Translations under genes and position numbers: made by a program | DNA from: Candidatus Altimarinota bacterium | GTDB taxonomy: Bacteria; Patescibacteriota; Gracilibacteria; UBA4473 | Direction of reading: 5' to 3' | Assembly (NCBI GenBank): GCA_965231215.1 | Contig: OZ246423.1 | Location: 1,152,001 to 1,216,000, forward strand | DNA: 64,000 bases | Notes under the pieces: generated by a model | Seen by the model: only the letters and a program-made list of their open reading frames with translations | Databases searched by the model: none | What the model was told of the DNA's origin: nothing | Shown here: positions 27,501 to 36,027 of the stretch, one piece after another | Numbering within the stretch: the first letter of the stretch is position 1 | How the letters are laid out: each line of letters opens with the position of its first letter

Positions 27501-28014
27501 TAATGCAGATGTACTTCAAATTAAAGACCGAAACGTAACGCTGAATATGCCAGTAGAGTATCCTAACTTTACACTTGTAGCCGATGGATCAGCTAACCGA
27601 GGAACCTTTGAATCTGATCACGATGCTACAGCGGTGAGAAACTACTACCAATGGTCTACGCGAAGAGCCACTCAACAAGACTACGATCTAGTGGTTCAAT
27701 GGCCAATCCCAGATGATTTCCAAGAATTCCAAGCGACAAACCCAATTCAGTTCTTGTACCAAACAACTGATGCGACAGCTGGGGATAATGAAATTGATGT
27801 GATTAGTCTAAGTGATACGGCTGGAGCGGCCGTCACCCTGACAGGTTCTAATGTTGATCTTGTAAACACAGCTTGGACTACACACGATCTTAATTACTCT
27901 GGAACTCCAACCTTCACGGCTGGAGAGTACATTACCTTAACGCTACGTCTACACGCAGACAATGGAAATGTTTCACGGCTAGGAGAAATGATCTTCAATT
28001 ACGTAGCTAAATAG
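24547..28014 (+). CDS. Long repeat-shaft fibre-like secreted protein 5
   Basis: Signal peptide ending AEA; related N-module; repeats of IFVG.GSNQAAGVALSGDATISNTG..TIGANAIGSAE; C-terminal domain homologous to protein 1; promoter TTGAAA-17nt-TACAAT at 24470-24498. Confidence 0.75.
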   Translation: MKQWLKRQSTRKGLSLLTLVTLSYSIFAPTAEARLIFSTEDDGTESDTYTLDVEGGNADGANVDLGITFGGALSTPGSLIYNDSTGEFTFNKAVDFGGNEIQDFRVEKLPTASAPTCAAAGDAGRMYYDTDTNEMMVCTGTVWNSVEDLDGALTDGNIFVGNASNQATGVTMSGDVTISNTGVTTIGANAIGSAEVSNNTLTADDLATDSVGADEIAANAVGSAEIATNAVGDDEIDYTNVTLSDFTNDLSLTSANIFVGDGSNQAAGVALSGDATISNTGVLTIGANAIGSAEVSNNTLTADDLATDSVNADEIAAGAVGTSELNATGAGNDKRLTTNGTGDMVWIDDNALDNTLTSANIFVGNGSNQAAGVALSGDATIDNTGALTIADNAVDGTDISVAGEGAGSVMYHDGTDWVNLGVGTAGQVLSVNAGATAPEWITTSSSLEGLTDTNITGAADGNILVYDNTNSEWDNVAASGDATISNTGVIDLANGAVEASEIADGAVSGGTGGVITDESITADDLATDSVGADEIAANAVGSAEIATNAVGDDEIDYTNVTLSDFTNDLSLTSANIFVGNGSNQAAGVALSGDATIDNTGALTIADNAVDGTDISVAGEGAGSVMYHDGTDWVNLGIGTAGQRLQVNAGATAPEWVTDNALSDTLTDGDIFVGNGSNVATGVTMSGDVTISNTGVTTIGANAIGSAEVSNNTLTADDLATDSVGADEIAANAVGSAEIATNAVGDDEIDYTNVTLSDFTNDLSLTSANIFVGDGSNQAAGVALSGDATISNTGVLTIGANAIGSAEVSNNTLTADDLATDSVGADEIAAGAVGTSELNATGAGNDKRLTTNGTGDMVWVDDNALDNTLTSANIFVGNASNVAAGVAMSGDATINNTGALDLADDAVEASELNADTAGLGITQAVSGALDVNVDDSTIEVETDIVQVKDDGITAAKLNADTAGDGLVQNGGTGALDVNVDDTTIEINADVLQIKDRNVTLNMPVEYPNFTLVADGSANRGTFESDHDATAVRNYYQWSTRRATQQDYDLVVQWPIPDDFQEFQATNPIQFLYQTTDATAGDNEIDVISLSDTAGAAVTLTGSNVDLVNTAWTTHDLNYSGTPTFTAGEYITLTLRLHADNGNVSRLGEMIFNYVAK
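25045..27172 (+). repeat. Near-identical intragenic direct repeats
   Basis: ~25045-25636 recurs at offset 1536; sub-blocks recur at offsets 957 and 645; all multiples of 3. Confidence 0.9.
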
Positions 28015-28072
28015 GGGACCTTCCACGAAGAAAAGTAGTTAGTGGAATTATCCTAGATAAAAAAATAAACAC

Positions 28073-28101
28073 AAAAAGGCCTCGCTTAGCGAGGCCTTTT
28101 T
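28073..28101. terminator. Bidirectional Rho-independent terminator
   Basis: Perfect inverted repeat AAAAAGGCCTCGC-TTA-GCGAGGCCTTTTT between convergent genes. Confidence 0.9.
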
Positions 28102-28240
28102 GTTATAGGGGAGTTCTTTAAGCTCATTATAAATATTATAAAAAAACACCCCCCACAGTGATCTGTAGGGGGCGCTTATTATTTTTGTTTTTTTTCCAGA
28201 AAGGATAGGTAAGTATAAAGTTCTTTTGTGAGATCGGTAA

Positions 28241-29230
28241 TTATTGTCCAGATTGCTCACGGGCTTTGGTGGCTATCTGGCTCGCAATGGTTTTAATTTT
28301 ATCTGTAAGGGTTTGGTTTTTATCATTTAAATTAAAGCTCTCATCGGCTAAATTCCAGGCCTGTTTGCTCGTAGCGATAACTTCTTCAATTCGTCCTTCA
28401 CTACCAGCGATATAAGCGCCAGTGATATTTTTAAGAGCTTTTACAACTTTATCGGCAGAAAGGACAATACTATTCTGGGGAAGAAGCTCTAAAGCATAGG
28501 TAGAAAACTTCTCAGCAATAGAAACCAGCACTGCAGCGGTTCCAATCTCTTGTTTTTCAATAAATTCAATACTTTTGATTAGGTGAATTTCGGCCAAATT
28601 AAGCAAGGTTTGAGGGTTAAGCCCTTTGCCTTGTCTCAGCATAGAAAAAATAAGGTCAGCAGCCTCGCCTCGGGTCAGCTCTTTGCCTGGATGTATATTG
28701 TTATCTTGATCTGGGGTGACGATCTTGTATTTAACCGCAAACTTTAGGTAAGGGGCAAACCAAATATCATCTGGTACATCACTGATAGGTACCTCTCCTA
28801 ATTCGTATTGAGTAGGATCAATTTCAAAGCTGAGCATAAGCATTTTTATAAACTCCGCTTTATTAACGGTTCTGCCTGGAGCGAAATTTCCAGTCGTAGA
28901 GTCACCAGAAACAATTCCTAGAGTGGCTGCATGATTTATGAAAGGCGCGAACCAAATGTCCTTTGGGACATCAGCAAATTTTGTTTCAGTAGCTTCCTCG
29001 GCTTCAATTTCCGCCGCAATAAGAATTATTTTAAGTGATTCAGCTCTGTTAATCAGCTTGTCTCGTCCAAAAGAACCATCGTCATAGCCTTTGAAGATAC
29101 TATGTTGTTCAAGATAGGTTGTAGCTGGATAAAATTCATCCTGAATATTAATATCAGTGAAGGCAAAAACACTGGTTGGAGAAACTAAAAAAGTGAAGAT
29201 TATGAGTTGTTTGAAGTAAGGCTTATTCAT
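28241..29230 (-). CDS. S-layer homology domain protein (3 SLH plus helical C-terminus)
   Basis: Signal peptide; GYDDGSF...INRAE, FADVP..WF, VNKAEF, LTRGEAA. Confidence 0.88.
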   Translation of the reverse strand: MNKPYFKQLIIFTFLVSPTSVFAFTDINIQDEFYPATTYLEQHSIFKGYDDGSFGRDKLINRAESLKIILIAAEIEAEEATETKFADVPKDIWFAPFINHAATLGIVSGDSTTGNFAPGRTVNKAEFIKMLMLSFEIDPTQYELGEVPISDVPDDIWFAPYLKFAVKYKIVTPDQDNNIHPGKELTRGEAADLIFSMLRQGKGLNPQTLLNLAEIHLIKSIEFIEKQEIGTAAVLVSIAEKFSTYALELLPQNSIVLSADKVVKALKNITGAYIAGSEGRIEEVIATSKQAWNLADESFNLNDKNQTLTDKIKTIASQIATKAREQSGQ

Positions 29231-29412
29231 CTATTAACCATTTTTTAAATTTGGCTCACAAACGCAAGTTCTTTTGAACACAAAAATTGTTTGCGTTCCA
29301 AAAATTTGTACTACAAAAAAGTCTTTAATACAGTCTTAATCTGTGTTTTAGGCTTGTTTTTATAATAAAAACAATATTGCCGTTTTGCAAGTTGAATTTG
29401 TAAAGTCAAAAA

Positions 29413-30017
29413 ACTCCATAAGTGTTTTATGAAGTCATAAAGCGAAGCAGGAGCGGATGGCTATCTGGTTCTCAGTTTATTTTGAGTGATAAGCTACCGC
29501 CCCCTACTTCTGTAGGTAACTAGCCTACAATAACTCTCGCCTTGCTTTGGTGCCAATAACCGATGCACCTCCGGGGTTCATAATGCTTTCTCCTTATTTT
29601 TGACTAAAAGTCAGAAATAGAGTAGAATGCGAACCAAGAAAATTTGAACCACACAAAACGTTAGTGGTTGGCATAAAAGGCATTTCATTCTGGAATGTCT
29701 TTAGTCTAAGACTAGCGTTTTATTCTCAACCGTTTTGTGAGGGGATCTTGTTCGTAGTTTCAGGCGAACAAAACCTCGTCGCAGAGCGGAGAGAGGGAAG
29801 AAAGCGTTGAAAGATTCTCGAGTAGTCCGATAAAAAATATATGTTTTGGACTTGAGAAGCTTTGTGCCACTTCCTTTCCTCTCTCCGGGGGATTAATCGT
29901 TTCTGTAAAAGATCTACTTCCTGTCTCGTTTTGGGCCGTTCCTTTCTGGTGTGAATCACTGCTTTTTTGTTTTGATTTGTGAAGCGAAGTGTTCAGAGCA
30001 TTTTATCCAGGAAGGGG
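29413..30017 (+). ncRNA. Candidate large structured non-coding RNA of unknown family
   Basis: No credible ORF; about ten helices, e.g. 29787-29800/29874-29887 (14 bp), 29595-29605/29609-29619, 29676-29686/29692-29702, 29941-29949/30007-30015; mismatches are mostly G-U on the + strand. Confidence 0.65.
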
Positions 30018-30309
30018 GTTGTTGTCAAAACTTTTTATCTAGGAAACCCGAAAATGCCTTGTTTAAGCCGAAAACAATAAAAGACATTCTATCTTAAATA
30101 TTTTAAATATATAATTAAAAGCATGCTGGAACGTCGAATTTCAGCGTTAATTAAAAGCATTTTTCGAACGCGTACTAGGTTTGTACGCTTATCTCCACAA
30201 TTTTTTAATTGCCTTGAACTTCTTGTCCCAACTCACTTTTATTCTAGGAGGTCTTGTTATTTATTGTTAGGTTCTTAGAATTTTGCTAATTTTTGATTCA
30301 TAAAAATAT

Positions 30310-31047
30310 ATGGCTGGGCATAGTAAGTGGAAGCAAATTAAGCATAAGAAGGCGGCAAATGATGCGGCTCGAGGGAAAATTTTGACTAAACATGCCAAGA
30401 TTTTAGCAGTTGTAGGACGTAATGATCCTAATCCAGATACCAATCGGTCACTGAGAACCGCTATTACCAATGCTAAAGCTGATGGTGTCCCTAAAGACAA
30501 TATAGAAAGAACGCTTAAAAAACTTAGTGGAGAGGGGCCTGATGCGGTAGTCTATACAGAAAATGTATATGAAGGGTTTGGGCCTGATGGAGTGCCCTTT
30601 ATGGTGATGAGTCTTACCGATAACACCAATAGAGCTTATACCGATATCCGCAACGCCTTTAATAAAAATGGGGGAAATTTAGGATCTACTGGCTCAGTGG
30701 CTTTTATGTTTGATCATGTGGGAGTGATTTCATTCGATCTTTTAGGAAAGAACGAAGATGAGGTTTTTGAAATGGTAGCTTCAGCCGGAGGGGAGGACTT
30801 TGTGATAGAAGATAATATTGTGGAGGTTACGACTAGTTTTGAAGATTTGGGCAAGGTGCGTCAGGCACTAGAAGATCAGAAAATTGAGATTAGAAAATCA
30901 GAACCTATATATAAAGCTAAAGATCCGGTAAAGATTTCGGATACTACCGTACTGAAAAAAATAGAGGATTTTGTTGAGGCTGTAGAAGCGGTGGATGATA
31001 CCGATGAAGTTTTTGGTGGGTTTATTGTAGGGGATAATTTATTATAG
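30310..31047 (+). CDS. yebC: YebC/PmpR family protein
   Basis: MAGHSKWKQIKHKK, YEGFGP, TDN.NR, GGNLG..GSV.FMF. Confidence 0.95.
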   Translation: MAGHSKWKQIKHKKAANDAARGKILTKHAKILAVVGRNDPNPDTNRSLRTAITNAKADGVPKDNIERTLKKLSGEGPDAVVYTENVYEGFGPDGVPFMVMSLTDNTNRAYTDIRNAFNKNGGNLGSTGSVAFMFDHVGVISFDLLGKNEDEVFEMVASAGGEDFVIEDNIVEVTTSFEDLGKVRQALEDQKIEIRKSEPIYKAKDPVKISDTTVLKKIEDFVEAVEAVDDTDEVFGGFIVGDNLL

Positions 31048-31055
31048 AAATACAT

Positions 31056-31994
31056 ATGGAAAACCTATTTTTACAGATTTTTATTTTTATCGCTTGTACC
31101 TTTATTTTGGTGAAGTCTTCAGACTACTTTATTATTAATGCTGAAAAAATTGGACTTTCACTCAAGTGGCCACACTTTTTAACGGGAGTTTTAATTGTGG
31201 CCTTAGGGACGAGTTTGCCAGAACTGGCCACGAGTGTGGCCTCAGTGATGAAAGATAAAACAGATATGGTTGTTGGGAATGTGTTTGGGAGTAATATTGC
31301 TAACATATTTTTAGCGCTTGGGTTTATGTTTTTTATTGTCAATAAGACGGTTAAATTTAAGCATAATGTGTTTGATGTGCACTTTCCAGTGCTGATTATG
31401 GCTATGGCTTTGGCGGTGCTTACCGCTTGGGATAGAGTGATAAGTCCAATAGAAGCTTTCTTTTTTCTTGGCGTTTTAGGATCGTACTTATGGTTCTTGT
31501 TTTCAGAAGATCATGAACATCTGCATATTCCTCACGTAGCGCCAAAGTTTTCCTGGAATTATGTAGTGGGATGTGTTGCTGGATTGGTGGGTCTTATATT
31601 TTCAGCTAAGTTTTTGATTGATGCCATTATTTTGGTGGCGGTCTATTTTAATCTGGCGGAGACCGCTTTATCTGCCACATTAGTAGCGGTAGGGACAAGC
31701 CTGCCGGAGATGATGGTGGTCTACTCAGCACTGAAACGGAATAACTCAGAACTGGTAATAGGGAATATCATTGGGTCTAATATTTTTAACATCTTGATCA
31801 TTTTAGGAATAACCGGAATGATGGCTCCGATAGTGGTGTCAGAGCTTAGTTGGAACATAATTATACCCTTTGCCGTAGCGGCTACCCTCGTTTATTGGAT
31901 GATCTCTATTGACCGTAAAATCACTAAGCAAGAAGGCCTGGCTATGACCTTTCTTTATATACTCTTCCTGGGGAAATTATTTGGATATTTCTAG
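31056..31994 (+). CDS. Calcium/sodium antiporter (YrbG family)
   Basis: Duplicated GTSLPE and GN..GSNI.N motifs; about ten TM helices. Confidence 0.92.
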   Translation: MENLFLQIFIFIACTFILVKSSDYFIINAEKIGLSLKWPHFLTGVLIVALGTSLPELATSVASVMKDKTDMVVGNVFGSNIANIFLALGFMFFIVNKTVKFKHNVFDVHFPVLIMAMALAVLTAWDRVISPIEAFFFLGVLGSYLWFLFSEDHEHLHIPHVAPKFSWNYVVGCVAGLVGLIFSAKFLIDAIILVAVYFNLAETALSATLVAVGTSLPEMMVVYSALKRNNSELVIGNIIGSNIFNILIILGITGMMAPIVVSELSWNIIIPFAVAATLVYWMISIDRKITKQEGLAMTFLYILFLGKLFGYF

Positions 31995-32092
31995 AGACGG
32001 TAAACCTTAGAAAATATTTAAAAGATTTGTATGCAATTAATGCTCAAACACAGTAGACAAGAAAACCTGTAAAATTTTTTAAAAAGAGTCCC

Positions 32093-33169
32093 CTATTGTC
32101 TCAGAAACGCCTGAATAAACGCTTCAATTTCGCCGTCAAAGACTTTGTCTGGATTCGCTTCTTCATAGTCAGTGCGGTGGTCTTTTACCAGTTTATAGGG
32201 TTGTAGAGTGTAGGTGCGGATTTGAGATCCAAAGGCATTTTCCATAAGGTCTCCACGGAGTTTTTGTAGTGCTTCGGCCTTTTGTTCTAGCTTAAGTTGG
32301 GTCAGTCTCGACCGAAGAACCTTGAGAGCAGCTTCTTTGTTTTGGTGTTGGGATTTCTCATTCTGGCACGTTACGACCAAATTTAGGGGAAGATAGGTTA
32401 TGCGTACGGCACTGTCAGTAGTATTAACCGACTGCCCCCCTGCACCACTACTGCGGAATACATCTATGCGTATATCTTTTTCTTCAATCATTAGTTCAGA
32501 TTCATCTTCCACTTCCGGCAAGATTTCGACTCGTGCAAAAGACGTCTGGCGCAGGCTCTTGGCATTAAAAGGGGAGAGTCTAATAAGCCGGTGTACTCCA
32601 TGCTCTGATTTGAGTAATCCATAGGCGAGTGCTCCTTTAATTTCTATCATGGCAGATTTAATACCAGCCTCACTGTTAGATTCTTCTAAGACGCGGGTTT
32701 TCCAGCCCTTAGATTCGGCAAATCGTAGATACATGCGCTGGAGTATTTGGCAAAAATCTTCGGCATCCTGGCCCCCATTTCCAACGTGCAGAGAGAGGAT
32801 TACATTATTTTGATCATAGGCTCCTCCCAAAATAAGGAGGGTTTCGGCCTCATCGAAGGTGGTTTCTAAACTTTTGATTTCCTGTGTGATCTCGGCTATT
32901 TCAGTTTCAGAGGTTATCGAAAGTAAATCAGCAAGGTCTGTAATGTTTTGCGCAATAGATTCCCAGAGGGTTATAAATTTTTCTAAGGTAGAAGCGTTTT
33001 GAGAAATTTTTTGAGCAGTAGTTTGGTCATTCCAAAAGTCAGGAGACTCCATTTGAGACTGAAGTGTTTTGAGTTCAGCTTTTTTAGTTTCCAAATCTAG
33101 GTTTGTTTTTACAGATTCATATCTGTTTTTTAAGGTTTTGAGTGATTGTTCAACTTCGGCTTGAGTCAT
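32093..33169 (-). CDS. prfB: Peptide chain release factor 2
   Basis: GVHRLIRLSPF (SPF motif), SGAGGQSVN, GSQIRTY; continuous ORF; start ATG 33169. Confidence 0.96.
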   Translation of the reverse strand: MTQAEVEQSLKTLKNRYESVKTNLDLETKKAELKTLQSQMESPDFWNDQTTAQKISQNASTLEKFITLWESIAQNITDLADLLSITSETEIAEITQEIKSLETTFDEAETLLILGGAYDQNNVILSLHVGNGGQDAEDFCQILQRMYLRFAESKGWKTRVLEESNSEAGIKSAMIEIKGALAYGLLKSEHGVHRLIRLSPFNAKSLRQTSFARVEILPEVEDESELMIEEKDIRIDVFRSSGAGGQSVNTTDSAVRITYLPLNLVVTCQNEKSQHQNKEAALKVLRSRLTQLKLEQKAEALQKLRGDLMENAFGSQIRTYTLQPYKLVKDHRTDYEEANPDKVFDGEIEAFIQAFLRQ

Positions 33170-33202
33170 AGTAACCAAATGATACTTAAGTTTCACCATA
33201 AA

Positions 33203-33229
33203 AAAAGCACCCCATTACAGGGTGCTTTT
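33203..33229 (-). terminator. Rho-independent terminator after ftsZ
   Basis: AAAAGCACCC-7nt-GGGTGCTTTT. Confidence 0.8.
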
Positions 33230-33251
33230 AATTTCTGGATATTTTCAATAT

Positions 33252-34409
33252 TTATCGAAGTTTGTTTCGCAAGAAAGCTGGAGTTTCTAGATCATCTCCT
33301 TCTTCTATGTCTTCTACCCCGTTCATAGAGAACGCTTTGCGCATTAGTTGTGCGTGGCCTGGTTTCTTTTTGCCTTCGGCAGCAAACCCCGTAGCGATTA
33401 CGGTGATTTTAATTTCTCCGTTGTAATTTTCATTAATTACCGCACCAAAAATAATATTAGCTTCTGGATCGGCTGCATCTGTGATGACTTTGGCGGCTTC
33501 ATCAATTTCATACATTGAAAGATCTTCTCCACCAGTAACGTTGAAAAGAATCCCTTTAGCGCCACTAATAGATTGTTCTAGCAGTGGTGACTCAATAGCG
33601 GCTTTAGCTGCGTCTGTGGCTCGGCTTTCACCAGCGCCGTAACCAATACCCATGAGAGCGGTTCCAGCCTCTCTCATAATAGATTTAACATCAGCAAAAT
33701 CTACATTAATTAACCCGTGTAGGGTAATCAGATCAGCAATACCTTGTACCCCTTGTCTGAGTACTTCGTCCACCACAGAGAAGGCATCAGTGAGAGGTGT
33801 TTTTCTATCAATAATAGACAGGATTCTATCATTTGGAATCGTAATGAGGGTATCAACATTAGCTTTAAGAGCCTCGTATCCTTCATCGGCTTTTTTAGAT
33901 CGGTTCTGGCCTTCAAAGGAGAATGGTCGAGTTACCACCCCAACGGTGAGAGCTCCAAGCTCTTTGGCGACACTGGCTACCACTGGAGCGGCTCCAGTTC
34001 CAGTTCCACCTCCAAGACCACAGGTAACAAATACCATGTCAGACCCTTTAAGGGCGGCTTTAAGTTCTTCAACAGATTCTTCTGCAGCGGTTTTACCCAC
34101 TTCTGGGTTAGCTCCAGCTCCAAGACCTCGAGTGGCCTCTCGTCCAATATGGATTTTACTCTCGGCTTTAGAATGGTAGAGCGCTTGAGCATCTGTATTA
34201 ACCGCAATAAATTCAACATTAGCGAGGTCAGAAGTGGCCATTCGGTTTACGGCATTAGAGCCTCCACCACCAACTCCAACCACTTTAATATTAGCGACTG
34301 GGGCAATATCGGGGATACTGCTACTGGTACTACCAGAGGTGGCAGCATCTTGTGTTTGTCTTTTTTCGGCCTCTGTGCTGGCCATAGCTGATTGTAGTAA
34401 GTCTTTCAT
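33252..34409 (-). CDS. ftsZ: Cell division protein FtsZ
   Basis: [26 protein letters not shown]-terminal ETPAFLR. Confidence 0.99.
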   Translation of the reverse strand: MKDLLQSAMASTEAEKRQTQDAATSGSTSSSIPDIAPVANIKVVGVGGGGSNAVNRMATSDLANVEFIAVNTDAQALYHSKAESKIHIGREATRGLGAGANPEVGKTAAEESVEELKAALKGSDMVFVTCGLGGGTGTGAAPVVASVAKELGALTVGVVTRPFSFEGQNRSKKADEGYEALKANVDTLITIPNDRILSIIDRKTPLTDAFSVVDEVLRQGVQGIADLITLHGLINVDFADVKSIMREAGTALMGIGYGAGESRATDAAKAAIESPLLEQSISGAKGILFNVTGGEDLSMYEIDEAAKVITDAADPEANIIFGAVINENYNGEIKITVIATGFAAEGKKKPGHAQLMRKAFSMNGVEDIEEGDDLETPAFLRNKLR

Positions 34410-34443
34410 TACAAATAGACGTTAAAAAATTTTGTGGGTTATT

Positions 34444-35676
34444 TTATTGAGGGAGTAAACCTTTCACCCATTTAAGGGCTCCATCAAAGGTTTTTCCAAA
34501 ATTAAAATCAAAAAGTGAAGGGGCACTACCATAGCGGTGAGCAAAATGTAGTAGTCCCGTTAAAGCGGCGAAACTTGGATCATCTACACGGTCTACAATA
34601 CCTTCTAGATCGCGTGGGAATCCCATTTGAACTGGAAGTTGCAGAGCTTCTCGTGCAAGATCTACGGTTCCTGGCATTTTTACACCACCACCGCAAACAA
34701 CCGCTCCGGCTGGAAGCATTCCATCTCGTCCAATTTTATGAAGTTCATCCCTTACCATAAGGAATACCTCATGATATCGGGCTTCTATAATTTTGGCTGC
34801 TTGGTGTTTTGATACGGCGTGGCTATCGGTTTTAGAAATTTGAGACAGATCAATCTCTTCTCGTTCGCTTACTTCTTTTGGAAGACAGGTTCCATATTCA
34901 ATTTTTACTTTTTCAGCTGTTTCAATAGAACACCGAAGACCAATGGCTAGGTCATTGGTTACGTGCTCGCCTCCCACGGGGATAACTGCAGAGTAGATCA
35001 CTGATCCTTCTTCAAATACGGCAATGTTAGTACAACTTGATCCTACTTCTATAAGGACTACCCCTAGCTCTTTTTGTTTTCTATTAAGAATCGCTTCACT
35101 AGCCGATAGTACCGTTGGCACAATTTCTGTGGGGTCTACTCCAGTTTGGTAGAGACATTTATCAATATTTTTAATGGCGGAAACCTGTCCCGTAATAATG
35201 TGAGCTTCTACCTCTAACCGGATACCGGTCATACCGACTGGATATTTTACATTTTTTTGAGAGTCTACAGCAAAGCTCTTTGGAATTACGCGTAGAATTT
35301 CACGGTTAGCCGGCAGTGAAACCGCTTGAGCCGCTTCTAGCACTCTATCTACATCGTCTTCTGTGATTTCGGCGTTTTGCCCGTTAATAGCAATAACGCC
35401 TCGGGAGTCATAGGTTTCAATATGGGTTCCTGAAATACCGACAAAGACTCGATGAATAGGTTCGCCAGACATTCGCTCAGCATCATCAAGAGCGGCGGTA
35501 ATATTAGAAGTCGCTTCATCGATATCCGTAATCATTCCTTTCCGAATACCATTAGAAGGGGAAACTCCTACACCAACTACATTAATAACACTTTTCTTCT
35601 CTTCTATAGTGCCAACGATGGTTCGAATTTTTGAGGAACCAATATCTAAACCCACTAAAGTTTTTTGATTTGCCAT
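34444..35676 (-). CDS. ftsA: Cell division protein FtsA
   Basis: GLDIGSSKI, PVGMTGIRLE, GGEHVTNDL, AEKVKIEYG, amphipathic C-terminal helix; start moved to ATG 35676. Confidence 0.97.
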   Translation of the reverse strand: MANQKTLVGLDIGSSKIRTIVGTIEEKKSVINVVGVGVSPSNGIRKGMITDIDEATSNITAALDDAERMSGEPIHRVFVGISGTHIETYDSRGVIAINGQNAEITEDDVDRVLEAAQAVSLPANREILRVIPKSFAVDSQKNVKYPVGMTGIRLEVEAHIITGQVSAIKNIDKCLYQTGVDPTEIVPTVLSASEAILNRKQKELGVVLIEVGSSCTNIAVFEEGSVIYSAVIPVGGEHVTNDLAIGLRCSIETAEKVKIEYGTCLPKEVSEREEIDLSQISKTDSHAVSKHQAAKIIEARYHEVFLMVRDELHKIGRDGMLPAGAVVCGGGVKMPGTVDLAREALQLPVQMGFPRDLEGIVDRVDDPSFAALTGLLHFAHRYGSAPSLFDFNFGKTFDGALKWVKGLLPQ

Positions 35677-36027
35677 TATATTATGGATTGAATCTCTAAA
35701 TAAAATTTTGTCGTTTTGGTTGTTTTTTGGACTGAGTGAGTATTGGTAATAGTCCGCTTCAACCTTAATAAAACGGTAGTTATTTTTGGATCGTTGTGCA
35801 AATCTTTTTTTCTTGTAGACCGCTTGTGAACTGTTTTTTTGAACAATTGAACATAGGCTAGTTCTGGGCTTTGTTTTCTTAATGTAAAAATAAAAAAAGT
35901 CCGGAAAACACATTTTTTACTCAAAGGGTAAAAAAGGCTGTTTTTTGTATATTTTTAACCTGAAAACCTCATTTTTATAACAAAATGGTAATTAAATTTA
36001 TGGATTTATAACTTTCTATAATTTTAA

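Noticed and set aside
16714-28014. Prophage tail operon
   Set aside because: Every protein has a Sec-type signal peptide; no integrase, terminase, capsid, baseplate or lysis genes nearby
29726-29959. 77-aa minus-strand ORF
   Set aside because: Non-ATG start, no motif, lies across long RNA helices
29413-30017. RNase P RNA, tmRNA, SRP RNA or group I intron as identity of the structured element
   Set aside because: No GAGGAAAGTCC, no tRNA-like ends, no SRP helix-8 motif; GACTA (29710) and TAGTCC (29823) resemble group I P7 but each is held in a local hairpin, P/Q elements are not evident and no host gene is interrupted
33652-34391. Plus-strand ORFs of 175 and 215 aa opposite ftsZ
   Set aside because: Antisense shadows of a highly conserved gene
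35677-35913. 79-aa N-terminal extension of FtsA, and similar extensions on tkt, uppP, yggS and COG2426 in the ORF track
   Set aside because: Artefacts of earliest-start calling; homologous N-termini begin at downstream ATGs
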